This document shows, piece after piece, positions 54,820 to 64,000 of a DNA stretch of 64,000 nt. Position numbers and translations under genes: made by a program. Each line of letters starts with the position of its first letter. The first letter of the stretch is position 1. The notes under the pieces are model-generated. The model did no database searches. It was not told where the DNA came from and saw only the letters and a list, made by a program, of their open reading frames with translations. The stretch is from Rebecca billardiae RCC1528 (Eukaryota; Protista; Haptophyta): assembly GCA_965240325.2 (NCBI GenBank), contig OZ251229.1:1-64000 (forward strand), given 5' to 3'.

Positions 54820-57504
54820 ATGGGGGCGTCGAGCGCGAAGCGGCTGCTCCTCGCGCTCGCCGCGCTGGGCGCGCCCGCGCGCACGCCCGCCTTCTCGCTG
54901 CTGCACGGCGTCGACGAGCCGGGCGACAGCGTCGCGGCCGTGATGGCGCAGGCGCGCCGCTGGTCGGCGCCGCGCCGCTTCGGCTCGACGGACGGGCTGG
55001 GCGGCGGGCTGTCGTTCGCGCTGGACGAGCGCTTCTGCGACATCATGCTCCCGCGCTTCCTAGAGGAGAACGCCGAGGCCGCGTGGGCGTCGCTCGACCC
55101 GCTGCTGATGGCGCAGCACACGGGCTGCGAGCAGATCCTCGACGCGATGCGCCGCGCGTTCGACTCGTGGTCGGCGAACCACCCGTACATCTCGTTCCAG
55201 CACGACACGGCCGAGTGCGCCGGCCAGCCCGACTGCGACTCCACCGAGGTCTTCGTCACCGTCTTCACCGCCGAGCGCGGCGGCGCGAGCGGCATGCCCG
55301 AGGGCGCGCTCGACTCTGCGGGCGAGAAGGCGGCGCTCGCGCAGGTGCGCGCGTTCGCCGAGGAGCCGGCGCGCGGCATCCTGTGGGACGAGCACGCGCG
55401 CAACGGCACGGGCGACGCGCGCCTCATGCCCGGCATCAACGTGCTCCGCGCCGACCTCCGCTTCAACCAGGTGCGCGCGCGCGCGGCGCGCGCGCCGCGC
55501 GCGCCCCCTGCCGCGCGGCGGCCCACGCGCCTCCGCCCGCGCGCGCGCGCGCGCGCGCAGAGCATGTGCTGGTACCTGGACAACGCGTTCTGCGCGCTCT
55601 TCAACGAGCAGCGCGACGAGTCGAGCGGCTCCTCGCGCCGCTCCTCGGGCGGCACCGCGCTGATCGGCGTGTGCATCACGCTGTGGGCGCTGGGCGTGCT
55701 CTACCTGTGCCGCCTCGCCTACCTGTGCGCGCACGGCAAGCTGCGCACCTTCTGGACGCACGACGTGCCCGACGACGTGTTCGAAGGGATCGGCCGGCGC
55801 GAGCGCGCGCTGTACATCGCCGCCAAGTTCCGCCCCGAGCGCATCGCCCTCGCCGTCTCGCTCGTGGTCGTGCTGCCGCTGCTGTGGAGCCGCGTGGTGC
55901 TGCCGTGCGTGCAGTGCTACGACTTTGAGGCGAGCGCCGTGCACGAGGTCGGCCACCTGCTCGGCGTGGGGCACCCGCACGAGGCGCCCGCGCTGCGCCT
56001 CGTGCGCGAGGACGAGCAGACGCGGCGCGACGTCGCGTGCGGCCGCGGCGTGAACGGCTCGCTCGAGACGTACGGCGGCACCGCTCTGGGCGAGGGCGGC
56101 TACTCGATCATGGCCGCGGTCACGCAGTTCAACGCAAAGGCGTGCATCGGGCAGGACGACCTGGACGCGCTCAACGCGCTCTACCCCACGTGCGCCAAGG
56201 GGGAGACGCTCGGCCCGCCGATGTGCGTCAAGACGCGCCGCTCGCTCGGCGCCGCGCGGCTGCTCGGCACCGTCCTCTTCCCCGCGCTGATCGCGTCCAC
56301 CGCCGTGTTCGTGCTGCTGCACGCGGTGCGGCGCAACGCCAAGCGCGCGCGCGACGCGCTCGAGCGCTACCTCGACGCGGCGGTGGTGGTGCCGGGCGCG
56401 GCGCACGTGCGGCCCGAGGTGGCGCGGCGCATCGCCGAGATGCTCGGCGAGACCGAGGCCGAGCTGCGCCGCGCGGAGGAGGCCTCCGGCCTCGTCCTCG
56501 CCACCGCGTCCGCGCCCTCTGGCGCGCGCACCTCGCTCTCCAGGCGCGCGCACCGCTCGCGCTCGCGCGCACACCGCCGCGAGCGCGAAGGAGCCGACGG
56601 CGCCGCGCCGGGCGGCGCGGCGGCGGCGGCGGCGGCGGCGCCTGTCGCGGCGTCCACCGAGGGCGGCGCGATCAGCTCGCGCCTCGCCTCGTGGTGGCCC
56701 GGCGGCGCCGGGCGCAACGGCGGCGCCGCCGCCGATGGCAATGGCGGCGGCGCGGCCGCGGCCGCGGCCGGCGGCGCGCCCTCGACGCCGCCCGGCGGCC
56801 GCGCGCTCGCGCGCGCGCCCGGCTCGGGCGGCGTGCGCGCGCCCGCCGGGCAGACCGGCGGCGGCTCGTTCAGCGCGCGGCTGCGCGTGATGCCCGCCAG
56901 CTGGCGAGCCGCCCTCGGGTACGACACGTCCGTGCCCGACTCGCCCCCGCCCCTCACGCCCGAGCTCACGCAGGAGGGCGCGCCCGCCGCCTCGCCGCAG
57001 GAGCCGCCCGAGGCCGCCGCGCGGCGCGAGCGCGCGGCGCGCCAGGCGCGCGGCGCGTACGTGGGCGCGGCCGTGCAGTCGCTCGCGTACATCGAGGCGG
57101 CGACGGCGGCGCAGACGCGCGCGCACGAGCAGGCGCGCGCGCGCGCGCTCCAGCAGCAGCACCCCAGCGCGCCCAGCGCGCCCAGCGCGCCGCCGCCGCC
57201 GCCGGCCGCCCCGGCCGCCGGGCCCGGCGGCGGCAGCGTGGGCGGCGTGGAGGGCGTGCCGCTCGTGGAGGGCGCCGCGCAGCCCGCGCCGCAGCCCAGC
57301 GCCAGCGAGCGCTACGGCGCCGCGCACTCTGCTGCGGAGGAGGAGGCGATGATCCGCGCCGCCATCGAGGCCTCGCTCGCAGAGCAGCCGCAGCCGCAGC
57401 CGCCGCCGCCGCAGCCGCAGCCGCCGCAGCCGCCGCAGCCGCAGCCGCCGCAGCCGCCGCAGCCCTCTGAGGACCCGCCGCCTCCGTTCGAGCTGCACGT
57501 GTGA
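54820..57504 (+). CDS. Membrane-embedded metzincin (M10/matrixin-like) with C-terminal ubiquitin-interacting motif (intron 55471-55560)
   Basis: Signal peptide; AMRRAFDSWS; HEVGHLLGVGH zinc motif; Met-turn SIM; DDLDALNALY; three TM helices; EEEAMIRAAIEASLAE. Confidence 0.85.
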   Translation: MGASSAKRLLLALAALGAPARTPAFSLLHGVDEPGDSVAAVMAQARRWSAPRRFGSTDGLGGGLSFALDERFCDIMLPRFLEENAEAAWASLDPLLMAQHTGCEQILDAMRRAFDSWSANHPYISFQHDTAECAGQPDCDSTEVFVTVFTAERGGASGMPEGALDSAGEKAALAQVRAFAEEPARGILWDEHARNGTGDARLMPGINVLRADLRFNQVRARAARAPRAPPAARRPTRLRPRARARAQSMCWYLDNAFCALFNEQRDESSGSSRRSSGGTALIGVCITLWALGVLYLCRLAYLCAHGKLRTFWTHDVPDDVFEGIGRRERALYIAAKFRPERIALAVSLVVVLPLLWSRVVLPCVQCYDFEASAVHEVGHLLGVGHPHEAPALRLVREDEQTRRDVACGRGVNGSLETYGGTALGEGGYSIMAAVTQFNAKACIGQDDLDALNALYPTCAKGETLGPPMCVKTRRSLGAARLLGTVLFPALIASTAVFVLLHAVRRNAKRARDALERYLDAAVVVPGAAHVRPEVARRIAEMLGETEAELRRAEEASGLVLATASAPSGARTSLSRRAHRSRSRAHRREREGADGAAPGGAAAAAAAAPVAASTEGGAISSRLASWWPGGAGRNGGAAADGNGGGAAAAAAGGAPSTPPGGRALARAPGSGGVRAPAGQTGGGSFSARLRVMPASWRAALGYDTSVPDSPPPLTPELTQEGAPAASPQEPPEAAARRERAARQARGAYVGAAVQSLAYIEAATAAQTRAHEQARARALQQQHPSAPSAPSAPPPPPAAPAAGPGGGSVGGVEGVPLVEGAAQPAPQPSASERYGAAHSAAEEEAMIRAAIEASLAEQPQPQPPPPQPQPPQPPQPQPPQPPQPSEDPPPPFELHV

Positions 57505-57850
57505 CCACCGCCCGCAGCAGCGCCAGCCGCGCTCGCGCAGCGCCCGGCGGCGCCCGCCCGCCCGCGCGCGAACTACCTTCCGCGCCAGTCGGACGTGAGC
57601 CCTGATGCGGCTCGGGCCGGCGGCTGCGGCTGCGCCGCCCGGGATATCGATCTAAGCAGCAGTTCATCATCACGCGGCACGCGTCGCACGATACCATGAC
57701 GATGATCGATGCATCAGATTGCAGATATACGGAATATGGCGCGCGGCAGTGCGGGTGCCTACTGACTGCTGCGCGCGCGCACTAACTCATCGGCGCTGAT
57801 GATGGCCGGAGATATCTGCGCATGATGCGCGATAGTATTATGAGCAGCGT

Positions 57851-60800
57851 CACAGTGGCACCGGAACGATGGCGATTGCGGATAACCCGTGCACGCACGG
57901 CGACCGCCGCGGAAAAATTCTGACGGCCACGTGAGCGGTCGCCGGCCGGCGCTCGTGCGCGGGGGCAAGGCGCACGGGTCCCGGCAGGCGGAGGAAGCCC
58001 GCCCAGACCCACCTCGTCGCCGTCTTAGCCGTCCTTGGGCGCCGTGCGCAAGGCGCGATTGCGACTCGCGGTCGACATGTTGCACGCGAGGCGCGTGCAA
58101 CCACTTCCGAGGGCTTAGCAAGCGCAGGATGGAGCTAGATGGGTGGGGATCAGTCCCAGTGGTATCTATGCTTATCGTGACGCCCCGAGCGTCGCTCTTC
58201 TGGAGTGCATCTGGGTCTACGGATGTCGGCATGCTGAGCAGTGGGCACCGGTGCTTGTCGACGGCCGTGACCCACTCATCAAGCGTGCCGGTGGCACGCT
58301 GGCTGACGGCCGCGATCGGCCGCCGGCGAGTGCGTCGGAGGAGTGATTGCAAGCATCGGCATCGTCTGGGCGTGTATGCAAGGCCTCGCTGCCGGAGGGC
58401 TCCGCTCGAGCCCGCGGCGATGGGCGTGCGAGCTCGCAGCAGCGCCCGGGCCGGGCGGGCAGCTGAGCCGCGCGCCGCGCGGCTGCGACGCTGCTCGGTG
58501 GCACGCTAGCTCGTGGCCGGGATGGGACGCTGGCGAGGGTGCTTTAGGGACGGCTTCAACCATCGGCATCGGTTGGGCGCGTGTGCAAGGCCTTTGGGCG
58601 GCGAATGCTGACGCGCGGCGCCGAGCCCGGCGCGCGGCGGCGCCGAGTGCTGCACGCCGCAGAGCGTGGGCGGTGGCTGCGAGCGTGCGCGTGCGCGGCT
58701 CGGCCCGCGCCGCCACAGCCGTGCGAGGTGCGCGTCACGCAGCGTGGGCATCGGCGGCGAACGCTGACGCGTGGCGCTGAGCCCGGCGCGCGGCGGCGAG
58801 TGCAGCTGCACGCCGCGCAGCGTGGGCGGCGGCGCGCGGCGGCCCCGATGATCGATCCAGGCGACTGCCGCAGAGGGAGCAGCAGTCGCACCGGGCAGAC
58901 TGATTTGGGTATACCGCGCGCGCCGGCAGGCGGATGCCGTGCCACCGACTATACTCTCGGAGTCTGACGGCTTGGACGGCCCGGAGCGTCATCGCGGCCG
59001 TTCGGGTGGGCCGCGACCGGCGCGCATCATACGAGTCGCGCAGCTGGACGTGGAACAGACAATGAGCAGCCCATCACATACGGTCGTCGAGGCCGGCGCG
59101 CCGTGCTGGGGGCTCATATGTCGCGTCGTACGACTCTGACGATATACGGCGCGGGAGCGCGGCGCGGCCGAGCGGCGGCCCCGCCGCCGGCCCCGCCGCC
59201 GGCCGCCGGCGATCCGCGCATATCGGGCCGCGCACCCCCCGCGCGCGCGCGGCGCGCGTCAGATGTCATCTCGGACGGTCCGCGAGATGCGGCGAGATCG
59301 GAATCATCCGAGCAGCGCAGCAGTAGTGACGCCGCGCAGACGATATGAGTAGTGAATCGGCCGCGCGGCGGCCGGGTACTGATGATGAGATATAGCGGAC
59401 GGACGACGACTGCTGATCGGAGATGACTGGCGCCAGCAGTAGAGTGACTGTCAGTCGGCGTCGAGCGGTGAGTCATGATCATCGCCCGGCGATGTCATCG
59501 GACGAGCCGGCGGTGCTGCAGTCCGCGGTGCTGACGTATCCGGGCCGGCCCCGGGGCGCGGCACCGGAGGCGGCCGCGCGGTGCTGATGAGACGGGCGGC
59601 GGCCAATGATGGGCCACGCGCGGCAAGTGGCTGGTCTTACCGCCCGAACTGCCAACTGGCCGGGCTGGTGAGCGGCAGCAGCCGTTGGCGCGAGCGCGGG
59701 CGTGCAGTGGGCAGGCAGCTCGCTTGTTTGTCGAGATCACAGCTCCTCGCGCCCCGAAGCGATGCGCCGACCTGCGCGTGGCCGCAGCGGATACAGAAAG
59801 CGCGTTCCAAGCCACCCGCTCGAAGTCGTTGAGTCACAGGCCAATGCAAGCACACGCGTGGCTCGCGCGCACGCTTCGCCGCGCAGCTCGTCGACCACAG
59901 CAGTGCTTGAGCTCAGATTGGCGGTCGTACTGCGTCGTCACCGAGCAAACGCAAAGCACCTGCTGCGATCACACTGCTGCTCGACGGTCTGCCAAACGGA
60001 TGTGTCGTGGGCGCCACGAGAGGCTCGTAGGCACAGACATCTTGCCGCGTCCACACGATCGCCCCCTTGCCCACTGGAAGCATCGGTATCGCCTGCGCGC
60101 GCGTCGCGCAGGCAGGTGTGGTGGGCGTGCTCGCGCACACGTGAGCGCATGCCGCAGCGCGCGCATCCGGTTGGAACGTGCCGCAGGATGCTCCAGGCGT
60201 GGCAGCCCGCTGCGACGCCGTGCAGCATCACACCCGCTATCATCAGCGCGCGCGCGGTCAGGTACACTCGTATTGGCTTCGTCGGCAAGGGCTGCCCAAA
60301 GTCGTGGAGAGTCGCTCGCGCCGTGCCGATCGGAGCCATCGACACCTGAAAAGCGGCCCTGCTGCGCCAGCGGGTGACCGTACCGGAACGCAACGGCCCT
60401 GCAGAGAGACCCACTGGTGTAGGCATGCGCCAGACACGCGATCGCGCAGGTGTCCGCGCGATGAATCACACGCAGCTGTGCGCGCGGGTCGCGGGAGCAG
60501 CTGCCAGCGGGCACGACCGAGGACGTGCCGCCGGGCATCGTGGCCAGCTCACATGATGAGGAGGTCCGAAACCCTGTACGTCCATGGCATATCCGTATAG
60601 ACCAGGGGCACCCCGCCCATCGTGCAGCGTCTCGCCAGACAATGACTTATTAGGTTCACGAGCCCCGCCTGCCCAAAGTCGTGCACCGTGTTTGAGCACG
60701 CCCGTCCGTGCCCGAGGCGGGCATGTGACCTGAGCGAGTCGAGAGAGGTGGCACTCTGCGCGGGCGATTTGGGCGGGGTGGAGGGGCAGGGCTTGTGGTA

Positions 60801-61038
60801 AGCGCGCACGGCGCGCGGCGCACTCCTCATCGCGCGCGGGCCGTCGCGCGACTCGCACCACACCGTCGACGGCGACTTCGCGCGAGCCAGCGAAGTCCGT
60901 TCGAGAGGCGTCCGCCGGCCGAGGCCAGGTTGGACGGCGGCCATCGTGAAAACCACGGAAAATCATTTTTCCCACTGGGGGAGCGCCGGGGCGACGAAAA
61001 GGCTTATCCGCAACATCGTCCCTTCCGGTGCCACTGTG
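57851..61038. mobile_element. Non-autonomous or decayed CMC (EnSpm-like) DNA transposon, TIR CACAGTGGCACCGGAA, 2-bp GT flanks
   Basis: 16-bp perfect TIR, then shared TTGCGGATAA; gt at 57849-57850 and 61039-61040; internal degenerate repeats at ~58350-58840. Confidence 0.78.
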
Positions 61039-61052
61039 GTAATTATTATTCG

Positions 61053-61053
<1 letters not shown>

Positions 61054-61127
<74 letters not shown>

Positions 61128-61217
61128 TAGATTATATATTAAGATAAATAAAACAAACATTATATATATATATTATTTATAAGCAGCAGCGCGGCGGATA
61201 ATCGGCGCGGATAATGG

Positions 61218-61301
<84 letters not shown>
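61054..61301. repeat. (TA)n and (TG)n microsatellites in an AT-rich island
   Basis: Direct reading. Confidence 0.9.
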
Positions 61302-61339
61302 CGCGTCGTCGCGTTTCTGAGGCTATGCTACTGCTACGG

Positions 61340-62643
61340 CTACGACGACTCCTGCTGGACGATGCCCCCACCGCCCGCGGCCACGGCCACCGGCGCTCGT
61401 GGCACCGCGGGCGGCGGGCCGAGAGCGAGCCCGCCCGCGGCCACTGGACCGACTGGACGGACCACCGCCGCCAGCTCGGATGAGCAGTCCGAGGGCGAAG
61501 GCAGCGCCGCCGGCTGCTGCTGCGGATCGTCGCCGCCGCCGTCCGCGAATGGCAGCGGCCGCGGCTCGTCGGCGCCGTCCTCCTCGTGCTCGGCGAGCTC
61601 GAAGGCGTCGAGGCTGCCGGCGACGCAGTGCGCGAGCGCGCGCATGACCGCGGTCGCCTTGAGCACCATCTCCGCGTGCTCGGCCTCGGGGCACGAGAGC
61701 GCGGTGATCGCGCCGCCCGCGCCGACGTGCACGCCCGCGGGCGTGCACACGGCGGTGCGGATCACGATGGCGAGGTCGGCGGTGCCGCCGAGCGAGAGGC
61801 AGCCCAGCGCGCCCGAGTACACGCCGCGCGGCGCGCCCCGCTCGATCGCGTGGATGAGCTCCATCGTGCGCAGCTTGGGCGCGCCCGTCATCGAGCCGCC
61901 CGGGAAGGTGGCGCCGAGCGCGTCGAGCGCGCCCAGCCCGACGCCGAGAGGCGCGCGCACGGTGGAGACGAGCTGGTGCACGGAGCGGTACGACTCGACG
62001 CGCAGCAGCGCGGGCACGCGCACGCAGCCGGGCACCGACACGCGCGCGAGGTCGTTGCGCACGAGGTCGGCGATCATCAGGTTCTCCGCGCGCTCCTTGG
62101 CGGACGCGCCGAGCGCCAGCGCCAGCAGCCGGTCGGCGCCGCGCGTCGCCCCGCGCGGCGCGGTCCCCTTGATGGGCTTGGACTCGGCGAGCAGCACGCG
62201 GCCGGAGAGGCAGCCGGGCGCGGGCGGCGCGGACGCGTCGGCGCCGAACGGCACGCCCTCGTCGTCCACCAGCTCCTTCGCCGCCGCCTCCGCCGTGCGC
62301 GCGCACACGCGCAGCAGCCGCTCGGGCGACGAGCAGCACACGGCGAGCGCGGGCGCGCGCGGGGGCAGCGCGGGCGCGCGCGCGCAGCCCTCGAGCGCGC
62401 CCGCGGGGTCGACGCGGTAGAAGGCGCCGTTGGGCGCGGGGTTGGTGGCGCGCAGCGTGAGGTACAGCGCGAGCGGCGGCAGCGCCCCGCCGCCCCGCCG
62501 CTGCGGCGCCTCCGCCCTGAGCTGCTGCGTGAGGCACAGCTCGTACGACTCGCCCGCGCGGATCGCGCCCAGGCACGCGCGCACGGCGCGCACGTACGCC
62601 TGCACGCCCTGCGCGGGCACGAAGCGCGCGGCGGGCGCGCACG

Positions 62644-62675
<32 letters not shown>

Positions 62676-64000
62676 GGCGGCGGCGGCGGCGCAGGCGCCG
62701 TCGCTGCCGCCGCCGCCGCCGCCGCCGCGCGCGCGCGCGGGTCGAGCGGCTGCACGCCGTGCGCGCGCAGGTAGGCCGCGGCCGCGCCGCCGCTGCCGCG
62801 CACGGCCGCGCGCGTGGCCGCGCGCCAGCGCGCCGCCTCGGCCGCGTCGGCCGCGCACGCGCCGCCGCCCTCGGCGGCGCGCACGAGGTGGCAGAGGTAC
62901 AGCGAGCCGCTGTCGTGGTCGAGCGCCACGAAGCGGTCGGCGAACACCATGCACACGTCGGGCACGTGCGGCGCGCGCGCGGGCGGGGCCGCAGCCGCGC
63001 TCGCGCCGCCGCCGGCGCCGCCGCGCGCGTCGGCTCGCGCGCCGTGCGCGAGCGCCGGGTCGTGCCGCGCCTCGTACCCGACGTAGCCGACGTAGCCGCC
63101 GCGCAGGGCGTCCCACGGCAGGGCGGTGGGCGCGCCGTCGTCCCAGCCGCGCACGTCGCGCGCCTCGTCCAGCGCGTACGCGCCCAGCGCCGCGCGCGCC
63201 ACGCCGAGCACGCCCTCCGCGCCCGCGCGCACCGCGCCGCGCGCGCCCCCGCCGGCGCACGCGCACGCGCACCGCACGCCGCCGCCGCCGCCGCCGCTGC
63301 CGCTCGCGCAGAGCACGCACACGGGCGCGGCCGGCGCGCAGTCGAGCGCGAGCACGTGCGCCAGCGGGCCGCCCAGCCCGCCCGCGAATGAAAAGCGCGC
63401 CGCCATCGCGCCCGCCGTGTCCGCGGGCGGGAGCTCGGCGTCTGCGGCCGCGCGCCCGGCCGGCGCCGCCGCCGCCGCCGCCGCGCCGCCGCGCGGCTCG
63501 GCGGCGCGCGAGCTCGAGTCGAGCCACCACGCGACGCGCTCGTGCGCGTGCAGCGCGACGAACGCGTCGGCCAGGTCCGCCGGCGGCGGGCCGTCCGCGT
63601 CGCCCTCGGCCCAGCGGTCGACGAGCAGCAGCACGCGCTGCGCCCCAGCGCGCTGCGCCCCAGCGCGCTGCGCCCCAGCGCGCTGCGCCCCAGCGCGCGC
63701 GCCACCAGAGGCGCGACCGGAGCGCGCGGCGGCGCCGGCCGGCGGCGGCGGCGCGCGCGCCGCGCCGTCCGCCGCGCACTCCGCGCACGGCGCGTCCGAC
63801 GCGGCGCGGTCGGGCTGGCTCGGCGTCGGGCGCGGCGCGGGCAGCGCGCGCGGCGGCGCGTGCGCGCGCGTGCGCGGCGCGTGTTGCGCCGCAAAGTTGC
63901 GCAGCATCGCGTGGCCGTGCTCCGAGTGCACGGACTCGGGGTGGAACTGCATGCCGTACAGCGGCAGCGCGCAGTGCTCGACCGCCATCACCGTGCCGTC
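61340..64000 (-). CDS. ADCS: Aminodeoxychorismate synthase, fused PabA-PabB, 5' end outside the window
   Basis: GATase YGMQFHPES; chorismate-binding motifs GESYELCLT, SSPERLL, KPIKGT, KERAENLMIADLVRNDL, FPGGSMTGAPK. Confidence 0.93.

Noticed and set aside
63636-63697. 15-bp x4 repeat (AGAQR) in ADCS
   Set aside because: Ordinary in-frame slippage in the PabA-PabB linker.
19782-63894. Long antisense or alternative-frame ORFs over real genes (e.g. 51385-54360, 55060-57498, 26750-29515)
   Set aside because: Shadow ORFs caused by GC3-biased codon usage.

Overview
Left end of a very GC-rich eukaryotic chromosome, probably a haptophyte alga such as Pavlovales/Diacronema. That assignment is an inference from the TTAGGG telomere, extreme GC and short CG-rich GTGCGC...GCAG introns. 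Layout: (CCCTAA)n telomere (1-2075) joined by a fold-back to inverted telomeric repeats; 183-bp and 186-bp subtelomeric satellites; about 10 kb of decayed modular duplications; two related fold-back DNA transposons (CAAGGG termini); then genes for a secreted esterase, two divergent sulfotransferases, a GT92-like glycosyltransferase, an unknown signal-peptide protein, a METTL21/23-type methyltransferase, AP-4 sigma, a membrane protein, a mitofusin/BDLP-like GTPase, a membrane metzincin with a UIM, and a 5'-truncated PabA-PabB ADC synthase. Small hAT-like and CMC/EnSpm-like elements are interspersed. The standout is a ~17.8-kb Mutator (MULE) element (33954-51719) with ~495-bp TIRs and two convergent genes, both predicted to start in a TIR-encoded first exon. 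Its predicted ~3,650-aa transposase appears to fuse a 2OG-Fe(II) dioxygenase, a MuDR zinc finger, DDE, SWIM, PHD, a helix-hairpin-helix motif and two or three OTU-like domains, making it a candidate self-encoded chromatin/anti-silencing system. All domain calls are by-eye motif recognition and all gene models are unverified predictions.
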